A stretch of DNA of 64,000 nt from Macrostomum lignano (lineage: Eukaryota): assembly GCA_002269645.1 (NCBI GenBank), contig NIVC01000366.1:558001-622000 (forward strand), read 5' to 3'. The notes below the pieces were generated by a model. It saw nothing but the letters and a program-made list of their open reading frames with translations, searched no databases and was not told the origin of the DNA. Of the stretch, positions 47,401 to 59,594 are shown one piece after another (position 1 is the stretch's first letter; every line of letters starts with the position of its first letter). The position numbers and the translations under genes were made by a program.

Positions 47401-50007
47401 ACCCCCAGGCCCATCGGCAACAGTGCAAGACCCAGCCGGCCAGGTCCGTCCTTGTCAGCTACGTCGACTCGCCGACGGTCGCCTCGCCATCGCCGTTTCG
47501 CCGCTTCGGCCCGGCCGGCATCGAGTCCAGCTGCTGCAGGGCGACAGTCAAACCCGACGTCTCAGCCGATTTGTCGATGTCGACTTCTCGCCTAGAGACC
47601 TCGCCGACGCCAGTCGAGTTCGCGTCGAGATCGACGGCCAGGGCGACGAAAAGTTCATCTGCTACGCTGGCGAGCTCTTCCGGTTGGGCGTCGACGTGTC
47701 CGAGGCCGGCTTTGGCCGGCTGGTGGCGTCCGTGTCCGGGCCTGGCCGAACCCGCGTCGACATCGAGGCCACTGCCGATGGGCGAACCGACGACGGTAAA
47801 GCCGAGAAACCCTTGTGTTGGATTTGTTGCTTGGCAACTGAGCCGGGCGACTATAGGCTGTCGGTGACTTACGGCGACGATCACGTGACCGGAAGTCCCT
47901 GGCAGCTGAAGGTGCTGCCGGCACCGCCGCCGCCGCCGCCTCCACCGCAGCAGCAGCCTCTGGTTATTGAAATGCGATTTCTTTGAAATGTGTACTTTTA
48001 GATGGAATGCGCCTTGTTGCAGACTCTGTTCCCTGATTAGTCTCAGAGATCCCATCATTCGTCTCATAGAGATCCCAACATTAGTCTCATGGAGATCCCA
48101 ATTATTAGTCTCACAGAGACCTAAATCATTTGTCTCATAGAAATCCCATCATTAGTCTCATATAGATACTATCATTAGTCTCACAGAGATCCCAATTATT
48201 AGTCTCACAGAGATCCCAATTATTAGTCTCATAGAGATCACAATCATTAGTCTCACAGAGACCTCAATCATTTGTCTCATAGAAATCCCATCATTAGTCT
48301 CATAGAGATCCCATCATTAGTCTCATATAGATACCATCATTAGTCTCACAGAGATCCCATCCTTGATCTCGCGGACAGATCCCAACAGTAATTTCCCGCC
48401 CTCTGAGCACAATCCCGGAAGTCGCTCATGCTTCAATCACCTTTGCAGCCCCTCTCGAAAGCGACCTCAGTCAGCTCCGGCCTGCTGCGCAATCGCATCA
48501 ACCAGCCGAACAGGTTCACCGTTAGTCTGGTGGCCTCCGCCGACCGGACTGCGGACACCGCGTCGGATCTTGCCGTGACGATCGAAGGCCCTTCAAAAGC
48601 TCGCATCGACGCCGAGGATGGAGGCCGCGAAATCTGCTGGACGGCGAGTCGACCTGGCGTCTATCGGGTCGGCGTCGCTGTCGACTCCGTGCACGTGGAC
48701 GGATCGCCTTGGCTGGTTGAACTCTGCGAAGATGTCGATGAAGACGGTGTCCTTGACAATGTCCAGCCAATGCGTTCCTGTCGATGCCCGCGGGCCTGCG
48801 TTGTCGGCCTGGACGATGCACCTGTCGGTGTCGGTTCAACGTCGAGCTTTCGTTTGATGACTTGTCATCGACAAGTTGACGTCGTCTCCGTCTGTGTAGA
48901 CGGTCCGGCCAAGTGTCCGAGCCTGATGGCCAAGTGGCTGGATAGCGGAGAGGACATTGGGGACTGCTTGGCCTGCTACGAGATCGTGTTCTCGCCTGAG
49001 GCTGCCGGGGTGTACAAGCTGAGTGTGCAGTGCGGCTGGGGTGCGAGCTGCCTGCGGGATGTTGAAGGTAGGACTGCCGCTCCGTGTCTGCTGGATTGCG
49101 GTGTCTGTAGCTGAGTGTCTGTAGCTGAGTGTCTGTAGCTGAGTGTCTGTAGCTGGTGTAGGATATGTAGCTGGTGTAGGATGTGTCTGTAGCTGATGTA
49201 GGATGTGTCTGTAGCTGATGTAGGATGTGTCTGTAGCTGGTGTAGGATGTGTCTGTAGCTGGTGCAGGATGTGTCTGTAGCTGGTGCAGGATGTGTCTGT
49301 AGCTGGTGCAGGATGTGTCTGTAGCTGGTGTAGGATGTGTCTGTAGCTGATGTAGGATGTGTCTGTAGCTGATGTAGGATGTGTCTGTAGCTGGTGTAGG
49401 ATGTGTCTGTAGCTGGTGCAGGATGTGTCTGTAGCTGGTGCAGGATGTGTCTGTAGCTGGTGCAGGATGTGTCTGTAGCTGGTGTAGGATGTGTCTGTAG
49501 CTGGTGCAGGATGTGTCTGTAGCTGGTGCAGGATGTGTCTGTAGCTGGTGCAGGATGTGTCTGTAGCTGGTGCAGGATGTGTCTGTAGCTGATTTAGGAT
49601 GCGTGTCTGTCTGTCCGCCAGTCGCTGCAGTCCAACAATATCTTTATCATCTTTTAGGATCTCCATTTCAAATAAAAGCAGCCACAGCCTCAGCTGCAGC
49701 TCACCGGGTGGTTTGCACCGGCTGTGCACTTCGCGACGCCTCAGTCGGTCGAGTTTCCGTCATCACCGTCGACGCCAGACAGGCTGACAGCGTCGCAGCG
49801 GCTGCAGAGCAGGGGCTCCGAGCGAAACTGCTGGGACCATCTGGATTGGCTTCGGGTCCGGTTGAAATCAGAAAGCTGTCTTCCGCCGGGGTGTACAGTC
49901 TGTCCTTCACCGCGGCCGAAGTTGGAAGTCACCGGTTAGTGGTCACGTGGGCCGGCTGTCACGTGACCGGGTCTCCGTTTCAAGTTCGGGTTAGATCGGA
50001 TTTGTAG
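41476..50007 (+). CDS. Filamin-repeat (Ig-like) protein without an actin-binding domain; exons 41476..41487 (tentative), 43132..43498, 46188..46499, 47409..about 47911 (or 47961), 48449..49067, 49658..50007; about 720 aa
   Basis: Repeated filamin motifs VAGSPF, PGDY.L, GRLVASVSGP, TEPGDYRLSVTYGDDHVTGSPW, HVDGSPW, DVE|GSPFQI and VGSHRLVVTWAGCHVTGSPFQVRV. Splice phases are mutually compatible (0,1,1,0,1). Confidence 0.8.
41530..43092. repeat. 37-38-bp minisatellite, about 41 copies
   Basis: CTATAATTATCAAGAGGAGGTCAATCCCCCCTACAG(A/G) units. Confidence 0.95.
43520..44430. repeat. 21-bp purine-rich minisatellite (GAGAGGGAGACAGGTAGAGGG)
   Basis: Starts immediately after the filamin exon donor. Confidence 0.95.
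45010..46055. repeat. AGTGTCCACTATC-based minisatellite with higher-order blocks
   Basis: About 22-24-bp subunits; longer blocks recur (identical peptide blocks in the overlapping ORFs). Confidence 0.9.
46610..47345. repeat. Two head-to-head arrays: 12-bp TGATCCCATATC (46610-47055) and 34-bp GGGATCAAATATGGGATCTCCATGGGATCTCTAT (47075-47345)
   Basis: The second unit contains the near reverse complement of the first. Confidence 0.92.
48045..48360. repeat. About 23-24-bp minisatellite (CATTAGTCTCAYAGAGATCCCA)
   Basis: Visible; in a filamin intron. Confidence 0.9.
49100..49590. repeat. 22-bp minisatellite (GTGTCTGTAGCTGGTGCAGGAT)
   Basis: Visible; in the last filamin intron. Confidence 0.95.
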
Positions 50008-50184
50008 GTTTATAATGATCTGAATTGCTGGCTACATTATCTAAAAGACCAATTAGATATGTACGAGTATGGCATCTATAAGGTCGATATAAACCTATAG
50101 AATACCTTAAAGTACATATTTATATATACGGTAGCTACAACGTCATTTTATTGCCTGAAAATTACTGCTAACCTTAACCATTTA

Positions 50185-50445
50185 ACCCTAACCAGAGACA
50201 ACCCTAACTCTAACCTACTCCCCAACCCCAACCCTAACCTAAACCCCAACCCTAACCTAAGCCCCAACCCTGACCTAAACCCCAACCCTAACCTAAACCC
50301 CAACCCTGACCTAAACCCCAACCCTAACCTAAACCCCAACCCTGACCTAAACCCCAACCCTGACCTAAACCCCAACCCTGACCTAAACCCCAACCCTGAC
50401 CTAAACCCCAACCCTGACCTAAACCCCAACCCTGACCTAGTCATG
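50185..50445. repeat. 18-bp telomere-like repeat (AACCCTGACCTAAACCCC)
   Basis: Degenerate (CCCTAA)-like hexamers. Confidence 0.88.
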
Positions 50446-51774
50446 CGTCGGAGCTCATGATCTAAGACCCAATGATAACTTTAGCAACCGAAAGTTTAAG
50501 AACCGAATTTTTTAAAGCTAAGAGCTTGCTAAAACTTTGCTTATACAGTTAAATATATTTTTTAAACTTTTTTCTGCCAGTTTTCAGGCTTCCATATGCC
50601 GCCGCCTTTTAATGATTCATCATTTTCGTTTATTCCCGTTGCACTCGCAACTTTACGCAGTAAATGAATATGCGAGATTTAAGAAGTTTTCATCGATAAA
50701 TAACTAGTTGCAAATAAATTCCCTATGTCTCTGCTTGCACTATAGCGTTTTCAATTTTATACTACTACACAAAGCTAAATAAGTAGTCCACATCGTTTAT
50801 TTGTGGCGGAATTTAGATTTTTTTGCAGGAAATTTATTATTTAATTGGCAATTGACGCTCAGTTTATGATTATTAATAAATAAGTATAAATAAATATATT
50901 AGCTAATTCATTCTCTGTTTGCCTTGTCTAGTTCACACCCAACAACGAATTGCAATTATATATTATAAATAGATATAATTGTTTTATCAAATTTAATTTA
51001 AACAAAATAAAACACCAAATGAAATTATTACAAGACTTATGCATTGAACTGCATTGCAACAAGGATATAAATAAAGTGGCATTTTCAAAAGTAAATATGT
51101 TCAGTTGATCACATCAGAACAAAGAAATAGTTTTTTATTACAAGCAAAAAAGTCATTTCTACGAGCTACTCGTAATTTTTCGTTTGGCAAAAAATTTAAC
51201 GATTTGTTCAAATTCACATTCACAAACAATTTATCAAATGCTACAAGCCTACATGCATAGCATTGTTAATATGATAAAAGCAGAGCATTGATGCTATGGT
51301 CATTTTTACAACGAAGCTCAACACTACTGACGGAAATTATAATTTTTGTTATAATTTTTGTAAACAAAAAACTACTGATAAATCAGGAACAAGCACAGTT
51401 TAGACAAAGTATTACTAATTAGTAGTAATTTGTTCAGACAGACAATACATAGTAATGGGACGATTCTGTTTCTATCTTGAATTAACGCCAAAATATTCGT
51501 TAATTTGTACGGCTTTTAACCTACTTGTGGTAAGTAGTATAAAGCGTAGTTATCAATCAAGAGTACTGTAAGAATTAACAATCTACAACCATTTCTTCTA
51601 AGAAAATTGTAGTTTTTATCTAATTTTTAGGAATAAGCGTTCTCTCACGCCATTTTGGATGGATTATTTTTGACAATGTGCTCGTATGTACAGTTTTTTA
51701 GCAGGATTTTGGCGCCAATTTAAAACTATCATCTTATATTATTTAGACGGTTGTCTACTTTGCACCTGCACTAA

Positions 51775-53900
51775 CGAAACTGAGCCAACTCCATGGAGCA
51801 ACCGTCGCCAACCATGTAGCTGGCAGCATTGCGGATGTTGCTGACCGACCCGCTGACTGCAGGCTGCCCTTTCGACGAGCTGCCAGTCAGAAGCGACACC
51901 GGCAGCGGCTGCTGATGCTGCTGTCTTCGAGTTGGCAGCATCGGACTGGCACTGGCGTGTCGCTGGTGCAGCCGCTGAAGCTGCTGTCGCTGCCGCGGCT
52001 TCCAAGCGCAGCTTCCCGTCGACTGCTGATGTCGCTGCCTGTCGATGGTCTCCGACTTCAGCCGGACAACGTCGCGAACAATCTGATCAATCTGCCACAG
52101 ATCCTCGAGGCCAGAAGTCTTTTTATCGACATCGTTGCCGCTCGACGAAGAGAAAATCGTCGTCAAGTCGAGCGTCGACACGTCCAGATCGTCGGCGTCG
52201 CCTGGCAGCAGCGGCAGCGACGGCGGCTGCCAGCGGCGAGCCTCCTGACTGTCGCGTGTGCCGCAGCAGCCGAGCAATCGGTCGATGTCTTCCTCACGGA
52301 CCGCCCACTGCAGCTGGTGCATGTCACTGCCGGTCTCAATGTCTGAGCCGTAGCCGCTTGAGACGGAAGGCTGCTGCGGCTGCTGCGGCTGCTTCTGGCT
52401 TTGCAGACCGTACAGCCCGACTGGCTGGCTTGCTGGGCCGCCGCTGTTGCAGCACCTGTTGGACGCCAGTGGGTTTCCATTTGGTGAGTCTGCACTGTCT
52501 GGGAGTACAGTGTCTGTTTGAACCAGAATAACTGGGTCCTTTTGTGTACAACCGCTTGGGGTACTCGCTCAGGGAGTGCAACATGTATCTGCTGCACGAA
52601 CTCTCCATCCCTTCAGGATTTGCTTCCTATCCACTACCCCATCTCCCGATCCTTCAGAGTCCGCTACCCCATCTCTCGATTTTTCAGGGTCCGCTACCCC
52701 TTCTCCTGATTTTTCAGGGTCCGCTACCCCATCATCTGATCCTTCAGGGTCCGCTACCCCATCCCCCGATCCCTCAGAGTCTGCTACCCCATCATCTGAT
52801 CCTTCAGGGTCCGCTACCCCATCCCCCGATCCCTCAGAGTCTGCTACCCCATCATCTGATCCTTCAGGGTCCGCTACCCCATCCCCCGATCCCTCAGAGT
52901 CTGCTACCCCATCATCTGATCCTTCAGGGTCCGCTACCCCATCCCCCGATCCCTCAGAGTCTGCTACCCCATCTCCCGATTTTTCAGGGTCCGCCACCCC
53001 ATCTTCCGATCCTTCAGGGTCTGCTACCCCATCTCCCGATTTTTCAGGGTCCGCTACCCCATCTCCCGATTTTTCAGGGTCCGCTACCTCGTCCCCCGAT
53101 CCTTCAGGATCCGCTACTCCATCCCTGGATCTTTCAGGGAGGATCTGCTGCATGCCACGCGGCCGGTCTCACCCAGTCCCAGCCGAACACCGCATCTCAG
53201 CCGCCTCCTGCGGACACTGGAATCTGACAGTCCTTGCGCTGGCGCTCTTCATCAGCCGCTGACACTGTTCCTGCTGCTGCCGCAATTGCCGCTTCGTCTG
53301 CTGCTGCTGCTGACGCGCTGGCTGCATCGGCGAGTCGAACTCCTCGGAGTTTGGACATCCGCCGAGCCTGTGACAGAACGCCCACCTTGTGTAGTCATAG
53401 TCTCCATTGGCGTAGACTCCTTCAATGTCGCCGGAGCCAGCGGCGGCTGCAGAGCACTGTCGGCGAAGAAGGTCGCTGCCGCTCTCCGCTTCCGGCCCGC
53501 TGCCAAGCTGTCGACGGTGAGTCGACGAGCAGGAAGCCGACCGACGAAACGATGTCGGCAGAAGAAGTCGAGCCAGACGTTTCCCGAGCGTCCCTGGCTG
53601 CTGCTGCTGCTGCTGTTTCTTTTGCTTCTTCTGCTCCTGCAGCATCGATTTGGTGTTGAGTTTCGGTGACGCCAACGGCGGTGGTGGCGGAATTTCGGCG
53701 TAGACGAAGCCGTCGTCCTCGCAGCCTGCCGCTGCCGTTGTCTCCACGGCTGCCGCAGCTTCCATGGCGGCGATTCGGCCGAGGAATGAAGACCGCAGCA
53801 CCGCAGTGGTTGGCGGCTGCTGCTGCTGCTGCCGCTGCAACAGCGGATGCTGGAAACTGTCGCTCCAGCTGGATGAAGCCACACCGTAAGACTGTTGCAT
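51775..53900 (-). CDS. Uncharacterised Q/S/A-rich protein, probably 2 exons (53900..53173 and about 52590..51775); frame at the junction unresolved
   Basis: GC-rich ORFs with poly-Q tracts; donor TGG|GTGAGA at 53173/53172; the intron holds a 30-bp array. The downstream open frame reads ...SVSSGYGSDIETGSDMHQLQW...LEDLWQIDQIVRDVVRL... No family recognised. Confidence 0.5.
52635..53140. repeat. 30-bp minisatellite with 60-bp dimers
   Basis: CAGGGTCCGCTACCCCATCATCTGATCCTT units. Confidence 0.92.
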
Positions 53901-54394
53901 TGCTCAGCCAATCAGCCCGTTTTGTTTAACTGTTTTTGTTTGGAATGAAAGTTGAACTGTGTGAGGCGCAAGAGTCACCTGATTCAATAGTTCCGAGACA
54001 GTTTAGCCCTATGATAAATGTCTTTGACTGACAAAATCAGACTCATCCAGCTAACCCCAATTCAATCGTCAGGTCCTTGATAGTCAGTAGCCTGATCAAA
54101 TCTCGAATAGTCACTTCAACAGCAATCCTCGCTTATACTGTATACATATATGTGTGTACGTGTATGAATCTCCCTTGGGAATATGTTCTATTTTATGCTT
54201 TTAGCGCGAGTTCGATCACGTGATGCCTAAACGCCCCTCCCAGGACTCAAAGACGAGTCAGTCGACTTTCTGATGTCTAATCTCGTTGATTATTGTGTAG
54301 ATTGAATTTAATCAGCTGCTGGTAAGCTGTGACTCAGCTTCTGTGCCGCATCGGCATCTGTTCGAGGGCGAAGGAGGAGAAAATCAGTACCACA

Positions 54395-55165
54395 GGCTAC
54401 TCAGTCATCCAGGCTACTCAATCACTCAAACTACTTAGCGACTCAAGCTACTCAGTCACTCAGGCTACTCAGTCACTCAAGCTACTCAGTCACTCAGGCT
54501 ACTCAGTCACTCAAACTACTTAGCGACTCAAGCTACTCAGTCACTCAGGCTACTCAGTCACTCAAACTACTTAGCGACTCAAGCTACTCAGTCACTCAGG
54601 CTACTCAGTCACTCAAACTACTTAGCGACTCAAGCTACTCAGTCACTCAGGCTACTCAGTCACTCAAACTACTTAGCGACTCAAGCTACTCAGTCACTCA
54701 GGCTACTCAGTCACTCAAACTACTTAGCGACTCAAGCTACTCAGTCACTCAGGCTACTCAGTCACTCAAACTACTTAGCGACTCAAGCTACTCAGTCACT
54801 CAAACTACTTAGCGACTCAAGCTACTCAGTCACTCAGGCTACTCAGTCACTCAAACTACTTAGCGACTCAAGCTACTCAGTCACTCAGGCTACTCAGTCA
54901 CTCAAACTACTTAGCGACTCAAGCTACTCAGTCACTCAAACTACTTAGCGACTCAAGCTACTCAGTCACTCAGGCTACTCAGTCACTCAAACTACTTAGC
55001 GACTCAAGCTACTCAGTCACTCAAACTACTTAGCGACTCAAGCTACTCAGTCACTCAGGCTACTCAGTCACTCAAACTACTTAGCGACTCAAGCTACTCA
55101 GTCACTCAAACTACTTAGCGACTCAAGCTACTCAGTCACTCAGGCTACTTAGTCACTCAAGCTAT
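54395..55165. repeat. 17-bp monomer satellite in 51/34-bp higher-order units
   Basis: GCTACTCAGTCACTCAG / GCTACTCAGTCACTCAA / ACTACTTAGCGACTCAA. Confidence 0.93.
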
Positions 55166-55936
55166 TTATATAGATCACCTTTTCTAGTAAAATTTAGAAC
55201 GGAACAGAATGATGGTAAGTGCAAAAATATTTTCTACAACTGTTTTACAGTAAACACTAAAATAATTTTATAGTGCAGCTAACAGTTAAAAACGTCAAGT
55301 TACTAACTTGACAGCAGCAAACTGACTGACTGATTGACAGGTTTTTAGTTGTCAATCACTGCTAGGAAGCTTACTACATTATGCTATACTTATATTGAAA
55401 GCCCCGTGCACACCTGCGATCATACAATAGAAATCTATCATGCAACTGAAATGAACAAAGCAAGGGATTGACCTATTCAATATGAAATGTGCTGACTTAG
55501 TCACAGACAGGCTTTTTGCCAGTTTAACTACCCGCCTCAAGCTTCTGACGCAGGCATAAATAATGCAATACCGCTGACTGCATGATTTCTTGATTTGAGC
55601 TTACAAATATAATTTGTAAGCTCATTTCACAAAAAGCACTGATTATAAAACACGGTTGAATCAGTCACCAATGTTTTTTCTTTGCTGCTTTTATCCCCCC
55701 TATAAATCAGTTGAGCACGACTAAGGAATAATGGCCCACACATGCATGTATGATTGCTCATATTGTTAGGCTGGAATTTTTTCTTTTCTTCAATCAAGCA
55801 ATAAATCAAAAAGTCTTCAATGTCTGACAGCTTGTTGACATTTTCATATATGCACAGCTATATGCTTGCAGAATAGAGAGGAACCATGGACCTTTTGAGT
55901 ATACTTGGACTGGGTCGTTTTTTCTGTACAACCAAG

Positions 55937-56547
55937 AAACAGGGGCGCCTACCAAGAGACAGGGGCGCCTACCTAGAGACAGGGGCGCCTACCAAGAGAC
56001 AGGGGCGCCTACCTAGAGACAGGGGCGCCTACCAAGAGACAGGGGCGCCTACCTAGAGACAGGGGCGCCTACCAAGAGACAGGGGCGCCTACCTAGAGAC
56101 AGGGGCGCCTACCAAGAGACAGGGGCGCCTACCTAGAGACAGGGGCGCCCACCAAGAGACAGGGGCGCCCACCAAGAGACAGGGGCGCCCACCAAGAGAC
56201 AGGGGCGCCTACCTAGAGACAGGGGCGCCTACCAAGAGACAGGGGCGCCTACCTAGAGACAGGGGCGCCTACCTAGAGACAGGGGCGCCTACCAAGAGAC
56301 AGGGGCGCCCACCAAGAGACAGGGGCGCCCACCAAGAGACAGGGGTGCCCACCAAGAGACAGGGGTGCCTTTTAAGAGACAGGGGCGCCCACCAAGAGAC
56401 AGGGGCGCCCATCTAAGAGACAGGGGCGCCTATCAAGCGACAGGGGTGCCCATCTAAGAGACAGGGGCGCCTACCAAGAGACAGGGGCGCTCATCTAAGA
56501 GACAGGGGCGCCCACCTATACACCAAGTATTGGCGCCCCTGTCTCAG
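55937..56547. repeat. 20-bp minisatellite (AGAGACAGGGGCGCCTACCA/T) with one inverted copy at about 56530-56547
   Basis: Visible; TGGCGCCCCTGTCTC is the reverse complement of the unit core. Confidence 0.93.
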
Positions 56548-57114
56548 CAATGATTTCAGTATATTAAATGATTATAGAAGCAGCACATGTCAATTGAAGC
56601 AACACTGGAGGCCTTGCTTTGTTCCCCGAACAGGAGCTGGGCCGCAGCCGTGAGTGAATCACGTGACACACAGCGTGACAAGAGATGACAGCGCGCAATT
56701 TTTATGACTTATAGCCGCTCCACCCCGTGTGACTGATCACTTTTTGGTCCCCGTACTGTGTGGAATGGGTTGAATTTACGCAGGTAATAATGTATGTGCA
56801 CTGGATCATGCTAATGCCAGGGTTAGAGAGGATTCCTAGAGGAGAGTGCAGAGAAGTGATGACGTCAATAACACTGGGGTAGAGCTCTGAGCTCAGAAGG
56901 AGCTCGGGGGACAGGGGAGTGACAGAATGCTGCGATTTTTACTCTGTCTGATTTATTAATGATTTTTTATAGAGAAGTCTCCAACCCCCCCCCCTGATCA
57001 GACTGTTAGACATGTTCGTTTTCGTGCAGAAATTAAATTAGACATTTCAAAACATTTTCTACATTTTTTCACTATTGATTTGGCCACTTCTCTCTATAAA
57101 GTTGCTAGTAGTTC

Positions 57115-57780
57115 ACTCCCTCTCTACTTCTCTGCCTACCCTCTCTACTTCTCTGCCTACCCTCTCTACTTCTCTGCCTACCCTCTCTACTTCTCTGCCT
57201 ACCCTCTCTACTTCTCTGCACTCTGCCCTCCCTTCTCTATTTCTCTACCTACCCTCTCTACTTCTCTGCCTACCCTCTCTAATTCTCTGCCCTCCCTTCT
57301 CTATTTCTCTATCTCCCTTCTATACTTCTCTGCCTACCCTCTCTACTTCTCTGCCTACCCTCTCTACTTCTCTGCCTACCCTCTCTACTTCTCTGCCTAC
57401 CCTCTCTACTTCTCTGCACTCTGCCCTCCCTTCTCTATTTCTCTACCTACCCTCTCTACTTCTCTGCCTACCCTCTCTAATTCTCTGCCCTCCCTTCTCT
57501 ATTTCTCTATCTCCCTTCTATACTTCTCTGCCTACCCTCTCTACTTCTCTGCCCTCCCTTCTCTACTTCGCTGCCCTCCCTTCTCTATTTCTCTACCTAC
57601 CCTCTCTACTTCTCTGCCTACCCTCTCTTTTTCTCTGCCCTCCCTTCTCTATTTCTCTACCTACCCTCTCTACTTCTCTTACTTCCCACTCTACTTCTCT
57701 GCTCTCTCCTCTCTACTTCTCACTTTTGGTTTAACCACTTCTATCTCTTCCCCTTTCATTCTCTCTCAAACTCTATCTTA
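57115..57780. repeat. 21-bp pyrimidine-rich minisatellite (CTCTACTTCTCTGCCTACCCT)
   Basis: Visible. Confidence 0.92.
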
Positions 57781-58044
57781 AGCGGTACGTTAATTAATTT
57801 TTTAATAAAAATATTATCATTGTTGCCTCACAAGCCCTCTTCAACTCCGGATACAGTAGAATTATATGGCTTATTATTCAATTTTCAGCTAAATTCTTAT
57901 TATAAAGCTTACAATTATTACTTTTACGTTCCTCTTCTCAATAAGAAGCTATCTGACAATAAAACTGCTTTTGAGTTTGTGAGTCAGTGGCTGCCGACAC
58001 AATGAAACCGTCCCGGTGCCTTGGAGAGGGCGAAATTTGGAAAA

Positions 58045-59362
58045 AAAGACGCATCACAAACTTGAATCTGCCTCCCTCAATCTGCCTCCCTGAATCTGCC
58101 TCCCTGAATCTGTCTCCCTGAATCTGCCTCCCTGAATCTGCCTCCCTGAATCTGACTCCCTGAATCTGCCTCCCTAAATCTGCCTCCCTGAATCTGTCTC
58201 CCTGAATCTGCCTCCCTGAATCTGCCTCCCTGAATCTGCCTCCCTGAATCTGCCTCCCTGAATCTGCCTCCCTGAATCTGCCTGCCTCAACATGCCTCCC
58301 TGAATCTGCCTCCCTGAATCTGCCTCCCTGAATCTGCCTCCCTGAATCTGCCTCCCTGAATCTGCCTCCCTGAATCTGCCTCCCTGAATCTGCCTCCCTG
58401 AATCTGCCTCCCTGAATCTGCCTCCCTGAATCTGCCTCCCTGAATCTGCCTCCCTGAGTCTGCCTCCTTCAATCTGCCTCCCTGAATCTGGCTCCCTGAA
58501 TCTGCCTCCCTGAATTTGCCTCCCTGAATCTGCCTGCCTCAACATGCCTCCCTGAATCTGCCTGCCTCAACATGCCTCCCTGAATCTGCCTCCCTGAATC
58601 TGCCTGCCTCAATCTGCCTCCCTGAATCTGGCTCCCTGAATCTGCCTCCCTGAATCTGCCTCCCTGAATCTGCCTGCCTCAATCTGCCTCCCTGAATCTG
58701 CCTCCCTGAATCTGCCTCCCTGAATCTGCCTCCCTGAATCTGCCTCCCTGAGTCTGCCTCCTTCAATCTGCCTCCCTGAATCTGCCTCCCTGGATCTGCC
58801 TCCCTGAATCTGCCTCCCTGAATCTGCCTGCCTCAACATGCCTCCCTGAATCTGCCTGCCTCAACATGCCTCCCTGAATCTGCCTCCCTGAATCTGCCTC
58901 CCTGAATCTGCCTCCCTGAATCTGCCTCCCTGAATCTGCCTCCCTGAATCTGCCTCCCTGAATCTGCCTGCCTCAACATGCCTCCCTGAATCTGCCTCCC
59001 TGAATCTGCCTCCCTGAATCTGCCTCCCTGGATCTGCCTCCCTGAATCTGCCTCCCTGAATCTGCCTGCCTCAACATGCCTCCCTGAATCTGCCTGCCTC
59101 AACATGCCTCCCTGAATCTGCCTCCCTGAATCTGCCTCCCTGAATCTGCCTCCCTGAATCTGCCTCCCTGAATCTGCCTCCCTGAATCTGCCTCCCTGAA
59201 TCTGCCTGCCTCAACATGCCTCCCTGAATCTGCCTCCCTGAATCTGCCTCCCTGAATCTGCCTCCCTGAATCTGCCTGCCTCAATCTGCCTCCCTGAATC
59301 TGCCTCCCTGAATCTGCCTCCCTGAATCTGCCTCCCTGAATCTGCCTCCCTCAATCTGCCTC
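58045..59362. repeat. 14-bp minisatellite (GAATCTGCCTCCCT), about 90 copies
   Basis: Visible. Confidence 0.96.
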
Positions 59363-59458
59363 GGTTCTGAATCGGTGCCTGAAAAAATGTCCTTATTACT
59401 TCTAGACATTCAACGCTCTGCAATCTGCACTTGCAACACAGTATATTATAAAGAATTA

Positions 59459-59590
59459 CTGTTGCTAAAAGTTTGGCATACAATGAAATATTGTGTAACA
59501 GATGGGTCGCGGCAGTACACACTGCAGCTTATCGACCTCCCTGAAGGATTGAACGACCTCCCTGATTGTATGCCAAACTTTTAGCAACAG
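59459..59590. mobile_element. 132-bp Tc1/mariner-type MITE
   Basis: Perfect 26-bp TIR CTGTTGCTAAAAGTTTGGCATACAAT (59459-59484; reverse complement at 59565-59590), flanked by TA on both sides. Confidence 0.8.
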
Positions 59591-59594
59591 TAAC

